60,487 bases of DNA, filler included, from 6 parts of 6 records of this genome joined end to end with filler, not necessarily neighbours in it, one strand, 5' to 3'. Positions 50,785 to 60,487 are shown, counted from the whole stretch's first letter. Translations and numbers: made by a program. Notes: generated by a model from the letters alone, not told the origin.

Positions 50785-51570
50785 GATTTACTCCTAGCGT
50801 TTGGGGATAGCTCGCGAGTAATTCTCCCTTAATGTGCAGCAAGCTGCTAATTTGAATGTGCGTGAGTTGTCTGACGGGACGCCAGAGGCAACATCTTCTT
50901 GCCTGCTATGGCCGCAACTTCGCTTGAGTCAACCAAGCTCGAAGCCAGCTTTGCTAGAGGAAGCTAGAGTTCACGGCGTTCAAATGGCCTAGAAGTCTTT
51001 GCAGCCACCGACTACCGGCAGCGATGCCGATATTTCGGGGCGCCCCAGCATTAAAGACTGAATGTCCATCGATCGCATCGCGACGTCAATAGTGGCAGAG
51101 GAATTTGACTTGCCGGCCGCCACAGTCCGCCGATATCGATCAAGAGTGTCGCGAAGGATTCGACAACAGCTCGGCGACTCTGAGTGAGTCCTCACATTTC
51201 GTGACAATACGTATTTTCGTAACACACGCATGCTAGCTTGCCCAAGGAGATGCGTTCTGTCTTGAAAACGCAAACTGTGTGAAGTGGTACATCAATGTGC
51301 AATGTCCGTCGCGATCGCAAATCTCACGCTAAAAAGCGAGGAGTTGGACGATTCGCTGAAAATCTTAGAGTAACAAAGTCTTGCAACCGACTTTGTGAGC
51401 ATTGCCGATTTCTCAGACTCGAAGCCATAGAGGCTGCGGTCCGGATTCGTGACAAGATAAAAGGCTACAGCGCTGACTTGCCCAAGACTTCTGTCGCACC
51501 AAGCTGATATTGCCAGGTCAGGCAATTCCATTTTACACAGCTGCACGCCACATCCGGCCCGTAAGCTGCG

Positions 51571-51787
51571 TTACCGAAGATTTCTAGCGGCACTGGTCTT
51601 TCTGGTCTTTGTATGCGGCCTAACATCTGGGTGTCTCTTTAGAATCTTGAGGAGTTCATCTCGCTCGCTTGGCTCGAGCAGCTCGAATGCCAGAACAGCA
51701 ATGATTTGATGCCCATGCTCAGACAACGCAGATGCTGGTTGGCAGAGCATTAATACGACCATCATTTGCTGCAAGTAGTTGTTTCAT
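51571..51787 (-). pseudogene. S1/P1 nuclease N-terminal remnant
   Basis: Frameshifted signal peptide (ATG 51787), then ASA-LSEHGHQIIAVLAFELL...ILKRHP resembling the WxxxGH start of S1/P1 nucleases (W replaced by L); early stop. Confidence 0.6.
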
Positions 51788-51950
51788 TGTTCTTGGTAGA
51801 TGGTTGTAGGGTTAGAATTCCAACCGGTTCCCACCGCTACTGTGAAGATCACATGAATCCTCTAAAGCAGATTCTTACTGACCCGCAATGGAGAAGCAAT
51901 TAATGTAGTTTAACAACCAGCTAGAAAGAGCTGAAACTTCGGAGCAGTGT

Positions 51951-52464
51951 ATGAGATTGCGGCCACAATTTTCGATTTCGCTACTCTTAGCGGCTGAAAC
52001 ACCAATGGCATGTATTGGAATCACTGAGCAGTGTCGGTTTTGATCAACACTTCGTGGCTGATAACATCAACATCGCGACATCGAAGTACGATGACCAGCT
52101 TCCCGTCCTGCCAGGACAGCGGCGTTAGAGAAGGCGGCAACTGCTCAACCTCGATGCAGATGCTACGCTGGACGACTTCGAAAAAGCAGTGACACTACCA
52201 CATCTTGATTCGCTTGCTTTGCAGACGAGGTATCTATCCGATGAGGCTTGTAAGAGCATCGCTTCGAGTCTGAGTCTGCAATGCATAATCGCAGATGATA
52301 TATGCGAGTTGGAGGGATTCAAGTTTCTGTGCCCGGCGGCGAAACTAAAATTCCTGCTGATAAGCGTTTGGAAGAAAGATGTTGAAGCAGCTGAGGCGAT
52401 TGCCCGCAAGAGGGGAATCAGAGTAAACCTAAGCACATCTGAACAAAGGTGGCACCAGAAGTGA
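51951..52464 (+). pseudogene. Probably disrupted membrane-anchored protein gene with leucine-rich C-terminal part
   Basis: GGAG RBS plus MRLRPQFSISLLL N-terminus stopping at 52043; LRR-like text continues in another frame (52129-52464). Confidence 0.35.
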
Positions 52465-53147
52465 GTAAGTTGTTGAACTGGTTGATCCTGCTGACTCTGT
52501 TTGCCGGGATAGGCTTAGGATTAGTTCGGTTTCAGCAGGTGCTCGGCGAGTTCAACCGTCTAAATGAGGTTTACGAACCACTTGCGGGAGACATTCGCAC
52601 GTTCGAGCCGGGCTCTCGCCCGAACGAGTTCTATGTGCGTTGCGTCGTTAGAAGGAGGATGAATCTATGCTGGCAGTTTTCGATTCCACCAGGCAAGAAG
52701 TTTGCGTTGGTTAGACAAGGAATCATGGATGGTGGCCTCCAAATATTCGAAAATCCTCCTGCACGCTCGGTCCACAGTTTTGAGTGGGCAGTCTCCTCAG
52801 ATCGACGTGGCCGTGCCTATTTTAGGGTCGGGTCTAGCAGTACCAGAACCACTGGGACCTATGATGACGAAGTCGCGAGTTTCTTAACTGACCACTGGGA
52901 TCAACTGGTGATAACGGTCGCAGGTGACTCTGAGATGGAAGTCTTCAACGTAGAACAGCCGGCAACTCTGCTGAGCATCGAGATCCCTGCGGAAGTGCTT
53001 GCCGAAGCCTCGGGGACTCTCAGTGCTTATTCGGTAAAGCAAATGGAAAAGCCGACTGTCTTCTACTTGGCCGACTTAGACTGTGGGTGCTGGGATTCCC
53101 TTCAGTTGGGTGCTAGTGCCAATGCGATGGTGGAGCGAATGCGTTGA
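52449..53147 (+). CDS. Hypothetical N-terminally anchored protein
   Basis: 232-aa ORF with one N-terminal TM helix. Confidence 0.6.
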   Translation: MAPEVSKLLNWLILLTLFAGIGLGLVRFQQVLGEFNRLNEVYEPLAGDIRTFEPGSRPNEFYVRCVVRRRMNLCWQFSIPPGKKFALVRQGIMDGGLQIFENPPARSVHSFEWAVSSDRRGRAYFRVGSSSTRTTGTYDDEVASFLTDHWDQLVITVAGDSEMEVFNVEQPATLLSIEIPAEVLAEASGTLSAYSVKQMEKPTVFYLADLDCGCWDSLQLGASANAMVERMR

Positions 53148-53740
53148 TTGTCTCCGGTTTCCTGAAGTTTGGTTTGTCTCACGCTCTGGCTCTCCTGACA
53201 CTGGTGGCTGTCTGGACGGCCAACTACAGAATTGCTTCGGACATCGCAAGTATGCGAGCTGAGTTGGAAGCATATGCAAAATACACTCCAGTGCTTCTGG
53301 TTGATGACCCTGGTAAACTAGCCGTCTTACTGGAGCCTATAAAGTGGTCCCACGAAGTATCTTGGCAAGCATACGTACCTGAAGACTCAACGACGGTCTT
53401 ACAAGTAACGCAAACCTCAACACGGCCACCGTTCGGCGACGACGCTGAGGTCATCAGAATTCCACTTGAACCTGGGCGGCATAGTATTAAGTTCTGCCAC
53501 TTCAGACAAACGAAATTCAAGTCCGGCGAGAAACGCAAAGAAGAGATTTACCTCATCATCGATGGCGAGGAAACGCTCGTGGGCGAACAGTTCGTCAGTC
53601 GAAATGCAGTCCGAAAGTCGATCCCAGGTGGTTGGCCTGGAAACCAAATTGAGCTTGATCCGGATGACCAATTCGAACTGCTCGCACCTTCTTTCAATGA
53701 TCATCTTCCCTACAGGCTAATCATTACACCGCTCAACTAA
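53144..53740 (+). CDS. Hypothetical N-terminally anchored protein
   Basis: 198-aa ORF, 4-nt overlap with the upstream gene, N-terminal TM helix. Confidence 0.6.
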   Translation: MIVSGFLKFGLSHALALLTLVAVWTANYRIASDIASMRAELEAYAKYTPVLLVDDPGKLAVLLEPIKWSHEVSWQAYVPEDSTTVLQVTQTSTRPPFGDDAEVIRIPLEPGRHSIKFCHFRQTKFKSGEKRKEEIYLIIDGEETLVGEQFVSRNAVRKSIPGGWPGNQIELDPDDQFELLAPSFNDHLPYRLIITPLN

Positions 53741-53761
53741 TTCAAGACTGGATTTGGACCT

Positions 53762-54442
53762 ATGAGAACACGAGATCTGTTAGCCGCTTCCTTTGCTGTC
53801 TTTTGTTCAGCAACTAGTGCTGTAACAGCGCAGCAAAGAGCTGAAATTCAAAGTACGGGAGACCGAAGCAAGGACGGCTGGACAGAAGTTAGCAAATTCT
53901 ACGGTGAGCAGCGGTCCGAACTTGAAGCAAGGCTGAAAGACGCCGAGCAGCAAAGGCTTAAACTTGAGGAACAGTTGAAACGAAATGAGGAATTGATAGC
54001 ACAACTAACACACGTGAGAGTCAAAATCGACAAGCAGCTGCGTGCCCCAGTGGCCGACCGAGAAATCGTCCAACTGTTTCAACAGCAAGTACGAGAAGAA
54101 CAAAAAGATCAGTCGGAAGCACTGCGTCTAGCTCAGCTCGCTATACAGGAGCAGAATCCAGTTCTTCAGAAAGCCTCGCAAGAGATCTCGCGTCTTCGAG
54201 CAGGACAAGACAAAAGGCAAGCCGTTGAGACAACTGTAGCGAACGTCCAGAAAGAGTCGCTGCAGCGATGGGAATACAAGACTCGCGAAGTCGTGAGTAC
54301 GTCAACCTTGATCAGCCCCATCATCACAAGCATGGCCCGTGCGGGCTGGGAGTACGACAGTCAGGTCTTGTTGCCTTCCAACAAATCGAGCCCAGTCTTC
54401 AACAAGTCGGTCCTGGTGTTTAGAAAGCCGGTAGAGAAATAA
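53762..54442 (+). CDS. Secreted coiled-coil protein with a C-terminal DUF4177-like motif
   Basis: Signal peptide, heptad-rich middle, RWEYK...AGWEY...LVFRKP tail. Confidence 0.6.
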   Translation: MRTRDLLAASFAVFCSATSAVTAQQRAEIQSTGDRSKDGWTEVSKFYGEQRSELEARLKDAEQQRLKLEEQLKRNEELIAQLTHVRVKIDKQLRAPVADREIVQLFQQQVREEQKDQSEALRLAQLAIQEQNPVLQKASQEISRLRAGQDKRQAVETTVANVQKESLQRWEYKTREVVSTSTLISPIITSMARAGWEYDSQVLLPSNKSSPVFNKSVLVFRKPVEK

Positions 54443-54465
54443 CAGAACGGAAGGAAGCACCTACA

Positions 54466-54693
54466 GTGAAAGAAATCGGAGTTGGAATTCGAATCGAACC
54501 TGAGTCGGGGATGTCGTTTACTGGAATCGACGAATTGAACGAGCTGATAAGCCGTGGTGCCGTCGTCACCTCAGTCGAACCTGGCGGCGCTATGCTGCGG
54601 GAACTTGATGGCGATGGCGATGATGAAGATGTTCGGCTTACTCTTTCCGGTTGCGAGATTAAAGTACTACTCGACGACTCTAGTGTCGCTTAG
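54466..54693 (+). CDS. Small acidic hypothetical protein
   Basis: 75-aa ORF preceded by GGAAGG. Confidence 0.5.
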   Translation: MKEIGVGIRIEPESGMSFTGIDELNELISRGAVVTSVEPGGAMLRELDGDGDDEDVRLTLSGCEIKVLLDDSSVA

Positions 54694-54938
54694 GACGTTT
54701 GATTTTGAGCGCCTTCGCCAGGACTGCGGGCAGCAACTACTCTGACTGCTTATTGGAGATTGAACAGTCTCAGTCAAGGTAGATGACTTTAAGCGTATCG
54801 CTGCTGTCAATTCTGTTTTCCGCCTCAAAAGACGCTATCTTCCTATTGTGCAGTGAAGCCATCTGCGGCGGCGGACTGACTCAGATCTCAAAACTTCGAA
54901 GTACTCAGATTGCTTCTATGAAACCTATCGAATCACTA

Positions 54939-55038
54939 NNNNNNNNNNNNNNNNNNNNNNNNNNNNNNNNNNNNNNNNNNNNTTAATTAATTAANNNNNN
55001 NNNNNNNNNNNNNNNNNNNNNNNNNNNNNNNNNNNNNN
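54939..55038. other. Artificial contig spacer
   Basis: 100 nt of N with TTAATTAATTAA. Confidence 0.98.
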
Positions 55039-55067
55039 ACAGCGCTGCGCGCTTCCTCAGGATGAGG
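55039..55067 (-). repeat. Partial alphaproteobacterial REP-like element
   Basis: Minus strand CCTCATCCTGAGGAAGCGCGC..., same head as 60458-60487. Confidence 0.7.
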
Positions 55068-55104
55068 ATGTATTGGTGTCAGGATCAGGCGTTCAAAGGC
55101 GAGG

Positions 55105-56175
55105 CTACGCTTCCCGCAAATTCGCCAGAATGATCTCGCTCCAGACCCGGGTCGGCGGGATCCAGGCCGACCAGTCGTTGTAATTGCCGGAATAGATGAC
55201 GGCCGCAACATCGGCCTTGGGGCACAGCCAGAGCCGCTGGCCACCATTACCGAAGCCGGCAAACCAGCGTGTCGGGCCGCCAAGAGCCGGAACAGGAACC
55301 TGGCCGCAAAACCAGAAATAGCCGTATCCCGGTCCTTCGCTGGTTTCAATGATTGGCTGCAGTGAAGCCCGGATCCAGGCTTCGGGAACGATCTCCCGGC
55401 CCTGCCAGATACCGTTGTCAAGAACGAGACGTCCGATCTTGAGCAGGTCCGGCGCAGCCAACCTCAGCCCGGATGCCGGCGAATAGGCCCCGTCCCGGCC
55501 GATAGACCAATCGAACTGCGTTATGCCAAGTGGCGAAAACAGGCGTTCCCTTGCATAATCGGCCAGCTTCTGCCCCGTTCCCCGTTGCAGGATTTCGCCC
55601 ACCAGCGCGGTGGCTCCGCCGCTGTAGATCCATCGGGTGCCGGGGTCTCCCACCAGCGGCCGCTCCAGAATGTAACGGTACCTGTCCGGGGCCATTTCCA
55701 TGGCGATTTCGCTGTTTTCCGGATCGGTATAGGGGCGGGTCTCGTCCCACTCCATGCCGAGCGACATGGTCAAGGCGTGTTCCACGGTCCGCTCCATGCG
55801 TTTCGGATTCGCGGCAAGGTCGGCAAATTCGGGAAAAAGCTCCAGGACCGGCGTATCGAGCGTCGGCACCTCGCCCCGCTCCAGTGCGATGCCATAGAGC
55901 AAGCTGACGATGGATTTGGTGATAGAACGCAGGTCGTGAAGGGTCTCGGGGCCGAAGGCTACCTCACCGATCGGACGGCCCCAGTTTTCGTCCTCTCCCT
56001 TGCCATAACTTTCCAGAACCGTCTCACCACCGCGTTCTGCAATCACGACATGAAGATGCGGCAACAAACCTGCCTCGGCACCGGCGCAGAGCTTGCGGCC
56101 AAGGGACGTATCGAACCCGCGACGCTCGGCAGCCGCCGCGTGGGGTGAGAGCGAAAGACCGTCGGTTGACTTCAT
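55105..56175 (-). CDS. Serine hydrolase, class C beta-lactamase/NylB-like family
   Basis: SITK (SxxK), LTMSLG, WIYSGG, YGYFW, GNGGQ. Confidence 0.88.
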   Translation of the reverse strand: MKSTDGLSLSPHAAAAERRGFDTSLGRKLCAGAEAGLLPHLHVVIAERGGETVLESYGKGEDENWGRPIGEVAFGPETLHDLRSITKSIVSLLYGIALERGEVPTLDTPVLELFPEFADLAANPKRMERTVEHALTMSLGMEWDETRPYTDPENSEIAMEMAPDRYRYILERPLVGDPGTRWIYSGGATALVGEILQRGTGQKLADYARERLFSPLGITQFDWSIGRDGAYSPASGLRLAAPDLLKIGRLVLDNGIWQGREIVPEAWIRASLQPIIETSEGPGYGYFWFCGQVPVPALGGPTRWFAGFGNGGQRLWLCPKADVAAVIYSGNYNDWSAWIPPTRVWSEIILANLREA

Positions 56176-56269
56176 GGAGAGCTCCCTTGCGTGAAACCTG
56201 AAGGAAGTGTCGGCAGTTTCATCGCCAAATGCGAGCGTTATTTGAAAGGTTTATTGCCGTGCGAGGAGC

Positions 56270-56300
56270 TTGACCTTCCACCAACTGGAACCACCATAGT
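56270..56300 (+). promoter_or_regulatory. CueR/MerR-type promoter
   Basis: -35 TTGACC, 19-nt spacer, -10 CATAGT; dyad ACCTTCC-N7-GGAACC. Confidence 0.75.
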
Positions 56301-56337
56301 GAGAGGGAGAAGCAACTTGCGTCAGGAAGGTGGGAGA

Positions 56338-57723
56338 GTGGATCGGCGTTCGTTCTTGAAAGCATCGGTGGCAGGAGGTCTTGCTGCCTTGTCACCAGCC
56401 TTTGCTCTGGCAAAAACGGAAGAAGGTTTCTTCGACCTTGCGGCGGTCAAGGGACAGGCCCGACTTTATGGCAAGGACGGCGGCCTCTCGGATCTCTGGC
56501 TCTACAACGACCGGCTGCCCGGTCCGCAGATACGGGTCAAGCGCGGCGAACGCGTCAGAGTGCGCTTCACCAACAACCTCGACGAACCCACCTCGGTCCA
56601 TTGGCACGGCATCCGCATCGACAATGCCATGGATGGTGTTGCCGGCCTCACCCAGCCCCCCGTCGCCCCCGGTGAAAGCTTCGACTACGACTTTGTCGTG
56701 CCGGACGCAGGCACCTTCTGGTACCACGCCCACAACATGAGCTGGAACCAGGTGCCGCGCGGCCTCGCGGGCGCACTGATTGTCGAGGACGACGAGCAGT
56801 CCTTCGACCCGGAGTGCGACATCACGCTGATCCTCAACGATTGGCGTCTGGACGAAAACGGTATCCTGGAAACCGCAAGCTTCGGTGCCATGCACGACTT
56901 TGCCCATGCCGGACGTCTGGGCAACTGGCTGACCATCAACGGCGCTTCGATGCCAGACATTGCGTTGAAGAAGGACCGCTGGCACCGGCTGCGCCTTATC
57001 AACGCCTCCACGGCGCGTATCCTTGATCTGGCTCCGGCGCGGTTTGGTGCGAAGATAGTCGGGCTTGATGGGCAGGCCTTTGACACCGCGCGGGAGGTCG
57101 AGGGCACTGTGCAACTGGCACCGGCACAGCGCATGGATCTGGTACTACGACCTCAGGAAACCGGCAAGCTGCCATTCGAGATGATGACCGGCAAGCCGTT
57201 CACCTTCGCCAACTTCGTCGTCTCGGAAACCGAAAGCGAAGACCTGCCACTCGTGCTGCCACCGCCGAACCGGTTGCCTGAACCCGATCTGAGCTCTCCC
57301 CGGGAACTGCCATTAGTGATGGCGGGTGGAGCCATGGGCGGCATGCAGTCGATGATGAGACACGGCGTCGAGATGGACATGCGCCAGATGATGTCCGAGG
57401 GGCTCTTCTGGGCTTTCAACGGTGTGGCCGGTATGGAAGATGATCCGATGTTTTCCGCCAAGCGCGGCGACACGATCCTTCTGGAAAGCCGGAACGACAC
57501 GGCTTTCCCGCATGCGATCCACCTGCATGGCCATCATTTTCGCGTCATCGAGCGCGATGGCACGAAACTGGAGAACCCCGACTGGCGTGACACCTTCACA
57601 AGTCAGCCGCGCGAGACCGTCAAGATCGCCTTTGTTGCGGACAATCCCGGGAAATGGCTGATCCATTGCCACATGCTCGGTCATGCGGCATCGGGCATGA
57701 TGACCTGGTTCGAAGTGAGCTGA
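56338..57723 (+). CDS. Tat-exported multicopper oxidase (CueO/CopA-like), start revised to GTG 56338
   Basis: DRRSFLK Tat motif; HWHG, WYHAH, HAIHLHGH, HCHMLGH...GM copper ligands; Met-rich insert. Confidence 0.93.
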   Translation: MDRRSFLKASVAGGLAALSPAFALAKTEEGFFDLAAVKGQARLYGKDGGLSDLWLYNDRLPGPQIRVKRGERVRVRFTNNLDEPTSVHWHGIRIDNAMDGVAGLTQPPVAPGESFDYDFVVPDAGTFWYHAHNMSWNQVPRGLAGALIVEDDEQSFDPECDITLILNDWRLDENGILETASFGAMHDFAHAGRLGNWLTINGASMPDIALKKDRWHRLRLINASTARILDLAPARFGAKIVGLDGQAFDTAREVEGTVQLAPAQRMDLVLRPQETGKLPFEMMTGKPFTFANFVVSETESEDLPLVLPPPNRLPEPDLSSPRELPLVMAGGAMGGMQSMMRHGVEMDMRQMMSEGLFWAFNGVAGMEDDPMFSAKRGDTILLESRNDTAFPHAIHLHGHHFRVIERDGTKLENPDWRDTFTSQPRETVKIAFVADNPGKWLIHCHMLGHAASGMMTWFEVS

Positions 57724-57735
57724 AACAGCCGGTGG

Positions 57736-58530
57736 CTAGACCGCGATCGGCGCGGCAATGTGCGGGAGCGGATCGTAGCCGGTCAGTTCGAAGTCTTCGA
57801 ATTTGAACGCAAAGAGATCCGTGACATCCGGATTGATCTTCATTTCCGGCAAGGGCCGCGGCGAACGTGTGAGCTGCTCGCGGGCCTGGTCGAAGTGGTT
57901 GGCATAAAGATGCGCATCACCGAACGTGTGCACAAAGTCGCCGGGCTTCAGGCCGGTCACCTGGGCCACTATCATGGTCAGCAGCGCATAGGAGGCGATG
58001 TTGAAGGGCACGCCCAGGAAGACATCCGCCGACCGCTGGTAAAGCTGGCAGGAAAGCTTGCCGTCAGCCACGTAGAACTGGAACAGCGAATGGCACGGCG
58101 GCAGCGCCATCTCGTCAACCAGAGCCGGGTTCCACGCCGAGACGATCAGCCGCCGGCTTTCCGGGTTGGTCCGGATCATCTTCAGCAGATTGGCGATCTG
58201 GTCGATGGACCTGCCGTCTGGTGCCGGCCATGACCGCCACTGGTAGCCATAGACCGGTCCGAGATTGCCGTTCTCGTCCGCCCAGTCGTCCCAGATCTTC
58301 ACCCCGTTTTCTTTCAGATACCGAATGTTGGTATCGCCAGCGAGGAACCACAGCAGCTCGTGAATGATCGACTTCAGGTGCAGCTTCTTTGTTGTGACAC
58401 AGGGAAAGCCCTGCGAGAGATCGAAGCGCATCTGGTGGCCGAAGATCGAGCGCGTGCCCGTTCCGGTCCTGTCGCCCCGATCAACACCTTCGTCCAGGAT
58501 TTTCGACAAGAGATCGAGATATTGCTGCAC
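57736..58530 (-). CDS. thyA: Thymidylate synthase
   Basis: [45 protein letters not shown]. Confidence 0.98.
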   Translation of the reverse strand: MQQYLDLLSKILDEGVDRGDRTGTGTRSIFGHQMRFDLSQGFPCVTTKKLHLKSIIHELLWFLAGDTNIRYLKENGVKIWDDWADENGNLGPVYGYQWRSWPAPDGRSIDQIANLLKMIRTNPESRRLIVSAWNPALVDEMALPPCHSLFQFYVADGKLSCQLYQRSADVFLGVPFNIASYALLTMIVAQVTGLKPGDFVHTFGDAHLYANHFDQAREQLTRSPRPLPEMKINPDVTDLFAFKFEDFELTGYDPLPHIAAPIAV

Positions 58531-58722
58531 GGCGGAAGCCTTCGCGGTCAGGAGATCTGGAGTTTGTGGTTAACTTGGCAGATTTTTCCGAAAAGACAGC
58601 CCCTCCCCCGCACTTTCCCCAACTTGGCACGTGCTGTGGAAGAATGGCCATGAGCCAAGCCGGCAAACGACATGCTTTGCCAGAAGCCTCTTTCATTTCA
58701 GGGCCGAAGACCTTATATCAGG

Positions 58723-59057
58723 GCTGCTGGTTCGCCAGCTATGGCAATAAATGGTCAGTGCAATAAACCTATCGGACCCGGGGGCGGTACCCGGCGCCTC
58801 CACCCAAGCCCATGGGGCTAAGCTACGGAAACTCCATGGGTTTCGGCGGGGGCGAAATAGGATCGACGAGGGCGTAAAGACTGTGCTTTTGCTCGGCATT
58901 GTACCACCGTTATCGGGCTTTCTTAATAGTTGCAAATGACAACTATGCTATGGACAACGCTGTCGCAGCGTAACGCTGCGCCGGTAGTCCACTAAGTCCT
59001 TTGAGGTAGCACTCACGGGCGGGGTTCGGAGGCACCTGGCAACAGAAGCCTCCACTT
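58723..59057 (+). ncRNA. ssrA: Two-piece circularly permuted tmRNA: acceptor piece about 58723-58804, coding piece about 58848-59057; tag ANDNYAMDNAVAA
   Basis: GGACCCGGGGGCGGTACCCGGCGCCTCCA precedes GGGGGCGAAATAGGATCGAC; acceptor stem with G3:U70; tag ORF 58932-58973; sspB follows. Confidence 0.95.
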
Positions 59058-59230
59058 GATCTTCCCATGTATTTGCAGCGTCCTACATAGGTTGCATGAC
59101 CAATGAGCGATGATTGCCGGGTTGCACACATTAATCTGGGTTCACTTGGAAAAGAGCCTTTTCTTTTTGATCTCGGCCCGTCAATGTGCTCCTGATAGTG
59201 GACTTTTCCAGCGAGATTCGACGAAAACCG

Positions 59231-59806
59231 ATGTCTGAAGACCTTCTGCGATACGATATTCTGATCCAGGACGCGCTGCGTGGAGCGGTGAAGAAAATAC
59301 TTGCCGAAGTCGGTCGTACCGGGCTGCCCGGAGACCATCACTTCTACATCGCGTTCGACACCAATGCCCCTGGCGTGCGCATTTCCCAGCGACTCAAGGA
59401 GCGCTATCCGCAGGAAATGACCATCGTGCTGCAGCACCAGTTCTGGGATCTTGCCATCGGCGAACATGCGTTCGAGGTTGGCCTGTCCTTTGGCGGCGTG
59501 CCGGAAAAGCTGCTGGTGCCTTTTTCTGCCATCAAGGGTTTCTTCGATCCGTCCGTACAGTTCGCGCTGGAGTTCGATCCCGGCAAGACGGCGGAAGAAC
59601 TGCCGGAAGAGCTGCTGGAAGCCGTGGAAGAACTTGCCAGGGCCGAGCAGGAACATGCCGATAACGAAGCCAGGCAGGACGACGGCGCAGGCGACAAGGA
59701 AGCTGCAACTGCAGACACCAAGGCGAAACCTGCCGTGCAAGCTGCCGAAAGCAGTGACGGTGGCGGCGAAGTCGTTTCCCTGGATGCATTCCGCAAGAAG
59801 ACCTGA
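59231..59806 (+). CDS. sspB: ClpXP adaptor SspB (alphaproteobacterial type)
   Basis: LRYD, GLPGDHHFYI, YPQEMTIVLQHQF, FFDPSVQF, C-terminal VVSLDAFRKK; adjacent to ssrA. Confidence 0.92.
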   Translation: MSEDLLRYDILIQDALRGAVKKILAEVGRTGLPGDHHFYIAFDTNAPGVRISQRLKERYPQEMTIVLQHQFWDLAIGEHAFEVGLSFGGVPEKLLVPFSAIKGFFDPSVQFALEFDPGKTAEELPEELLEAVEELARAEQEHADNEARQDDGAGDKEAATADTKAKPAVQAAESSDGGGEVVSLDAFRKKT

Positions 59807-59823
59807 GATCGGGAGCCTTTCCC

Positions 59824-60102
59824 ATGAGCGCGGAGATCATCAATCTGCGCATGGTGCGCAAGCAGAAGAACCGTCAGGACAAGGAAAAGACGGCCGAGGA
59901 CAACCGGCGCAAGTATGGCCGGTCCAAAGCCGAACGTGAGGCGGCCCGCCAACGCCGGGAAACGCTGGAAACCCACGTCGACGGGCATCTTCTGGAAAAA
60001 CCTGACGGCCCGGATGCCGAACCATCCGATAAAGCAACAACAGATGCGGACAAAACCGAAGCCGAACCTTCTGGCCCGAGCTCTTCCGGCGATCGCGGCT
60101 GA
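59824..60102 (+). CDS. DUF4169 family protein
   Basis: EIINLRMVRK...A..NR.KYGRSKAE...H. Confidence 0.8.
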   Translation: MSAEIINLRMVRKQKNRQDKEKTAEDNRRKYGRSKAEREAARQRRETLETHVDGHLLEKPDGPDAEPSDKATTDADKTEAEPSGPSSSGDRG

Positions 60103-60108
60103 CCGCCA

Positions 60109-60342
60109 ATGGCTCTGTTAAAGCGCTCCCTCTCCCTTCACGGCCACCGCACCAGCCTGGCGCTGGAACCGGAATTCTGGGACGTCGTCGACGCCTACGC
60201 CGACGCCGCGAACAAGTCCCTCGCCGGACTGATTGCCGAAATCGACGACAACCGCGACCCCGATGATCCGCTCTCTTCCGCTGTCAGGATCTGGGCCTTG
60301 AAACGGGTCCAAATGGAAGCTGGTCTGATTTCGGAGGGATGA
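60109..60342 (+). CDS. Ribbon-helix-helix (RHH_4-like) protein
   Basis: KRSLSLHGHRTSLALEPEFW...LSSAVR. Confidence 0.85.
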   Translation: MALLKRSLSLHGHRTSLALEPEFWDVVDAYADAANKSLAGLIAEIDDNRDPDDPLSSAVRIWALKRVQMEAGLISEG

Positions 60343-60457
60343 ACGGCTGACAATCTGATTTCCGGTCCCCTGCTTTTCGCCTGCCCAAAGCGCAGCTAGA
60401 AGTGCCCGGACTGCCTCTGAGCTTCAGCCCTCTTGCCGCCTCTGCAACATACATCTC

Positions 60458-60487
60458 CCTCATCCTGAGGAGCGCGCTTGCGCGCGT
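60458..60487 (+). repeat. Partial alphaproteobacterial REP-like element
   Basis: CCTCATCCTGAGGAGCGCGCTTGCGCGCGT at the window end. Confidence 0.7.

Noticed and set aside
55105-56175. Antibiotic-resistance beta-lactamase
   Set aside because: No signal peptide, and YSG/GNG in place of YxN/KTG; more consistent with an esterase/amidase of the same fold
58681-59052. CAGAAGCCTC on both sides of the tmRNA as an att duplication
   Set aside because: Only 10 bp, not at the acceptor end targeted by integrases, and no mobile genes nearby

Overview
The window is not one locus. It is six unrelated contigs joined by 100-nt N spacers carrying a TTAATTAATTAA all-frame-stop linker (23966-24065, 30092-30191, 36480-36579, 42541-42640, 54939-55038). 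Taxon guesses come from composition, motifs and gene content only. (1) 1-23965, AT-rich Bacteroidota (Cyclobacteriaceae-like): polysaccharide genes, housekeeping genes, a T9SS adhesin, galE, a hybrid sensor kinase and the 5' part of a tRNA. (2) 24066-30091, a defence island: HNH nuclease-APAZ fusion coupled to a catalytically dead short prokaryotic Argonaute, divergent from a type IIG restriction-modification gene. (3) 30192-36479, gammaproteobacterial (Marinobacter-like) nitrate respiration locus: narG, an atypical NarK-fold transporter lacking both conserved arginines, narXL, ubiT and an EAL protein. (4) 36580-42540, Roseobacter-group rpsT-dnaA-dnaN-recF-lysE-gyrB. (5) 42641-54938, a Planctomycete-like element bounded by a tRNA-Pro att fragment, encoding DUF1580, an HUH rolling-circle Rep, an STGPRT-motif gene pair and a DUF262(GmrSD)-Schlafen/AlbA_2 fusion. 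(6) 55039-60487, alphaproteobacterial (Roseibium-like): serine hydrolase, multicopper oxidase with a CueR-type promoter, thyA, two-piece permuted tmRNA and sspB. Best candidates for novel biology: the HNH-APAZ/short pAgo operon, the tRNA-integrated HUH-Rep element with its DUF262-Schlafen cargo, and the arginine-less NarK. All domain calls are by-eye motif recognition; no searches were run.
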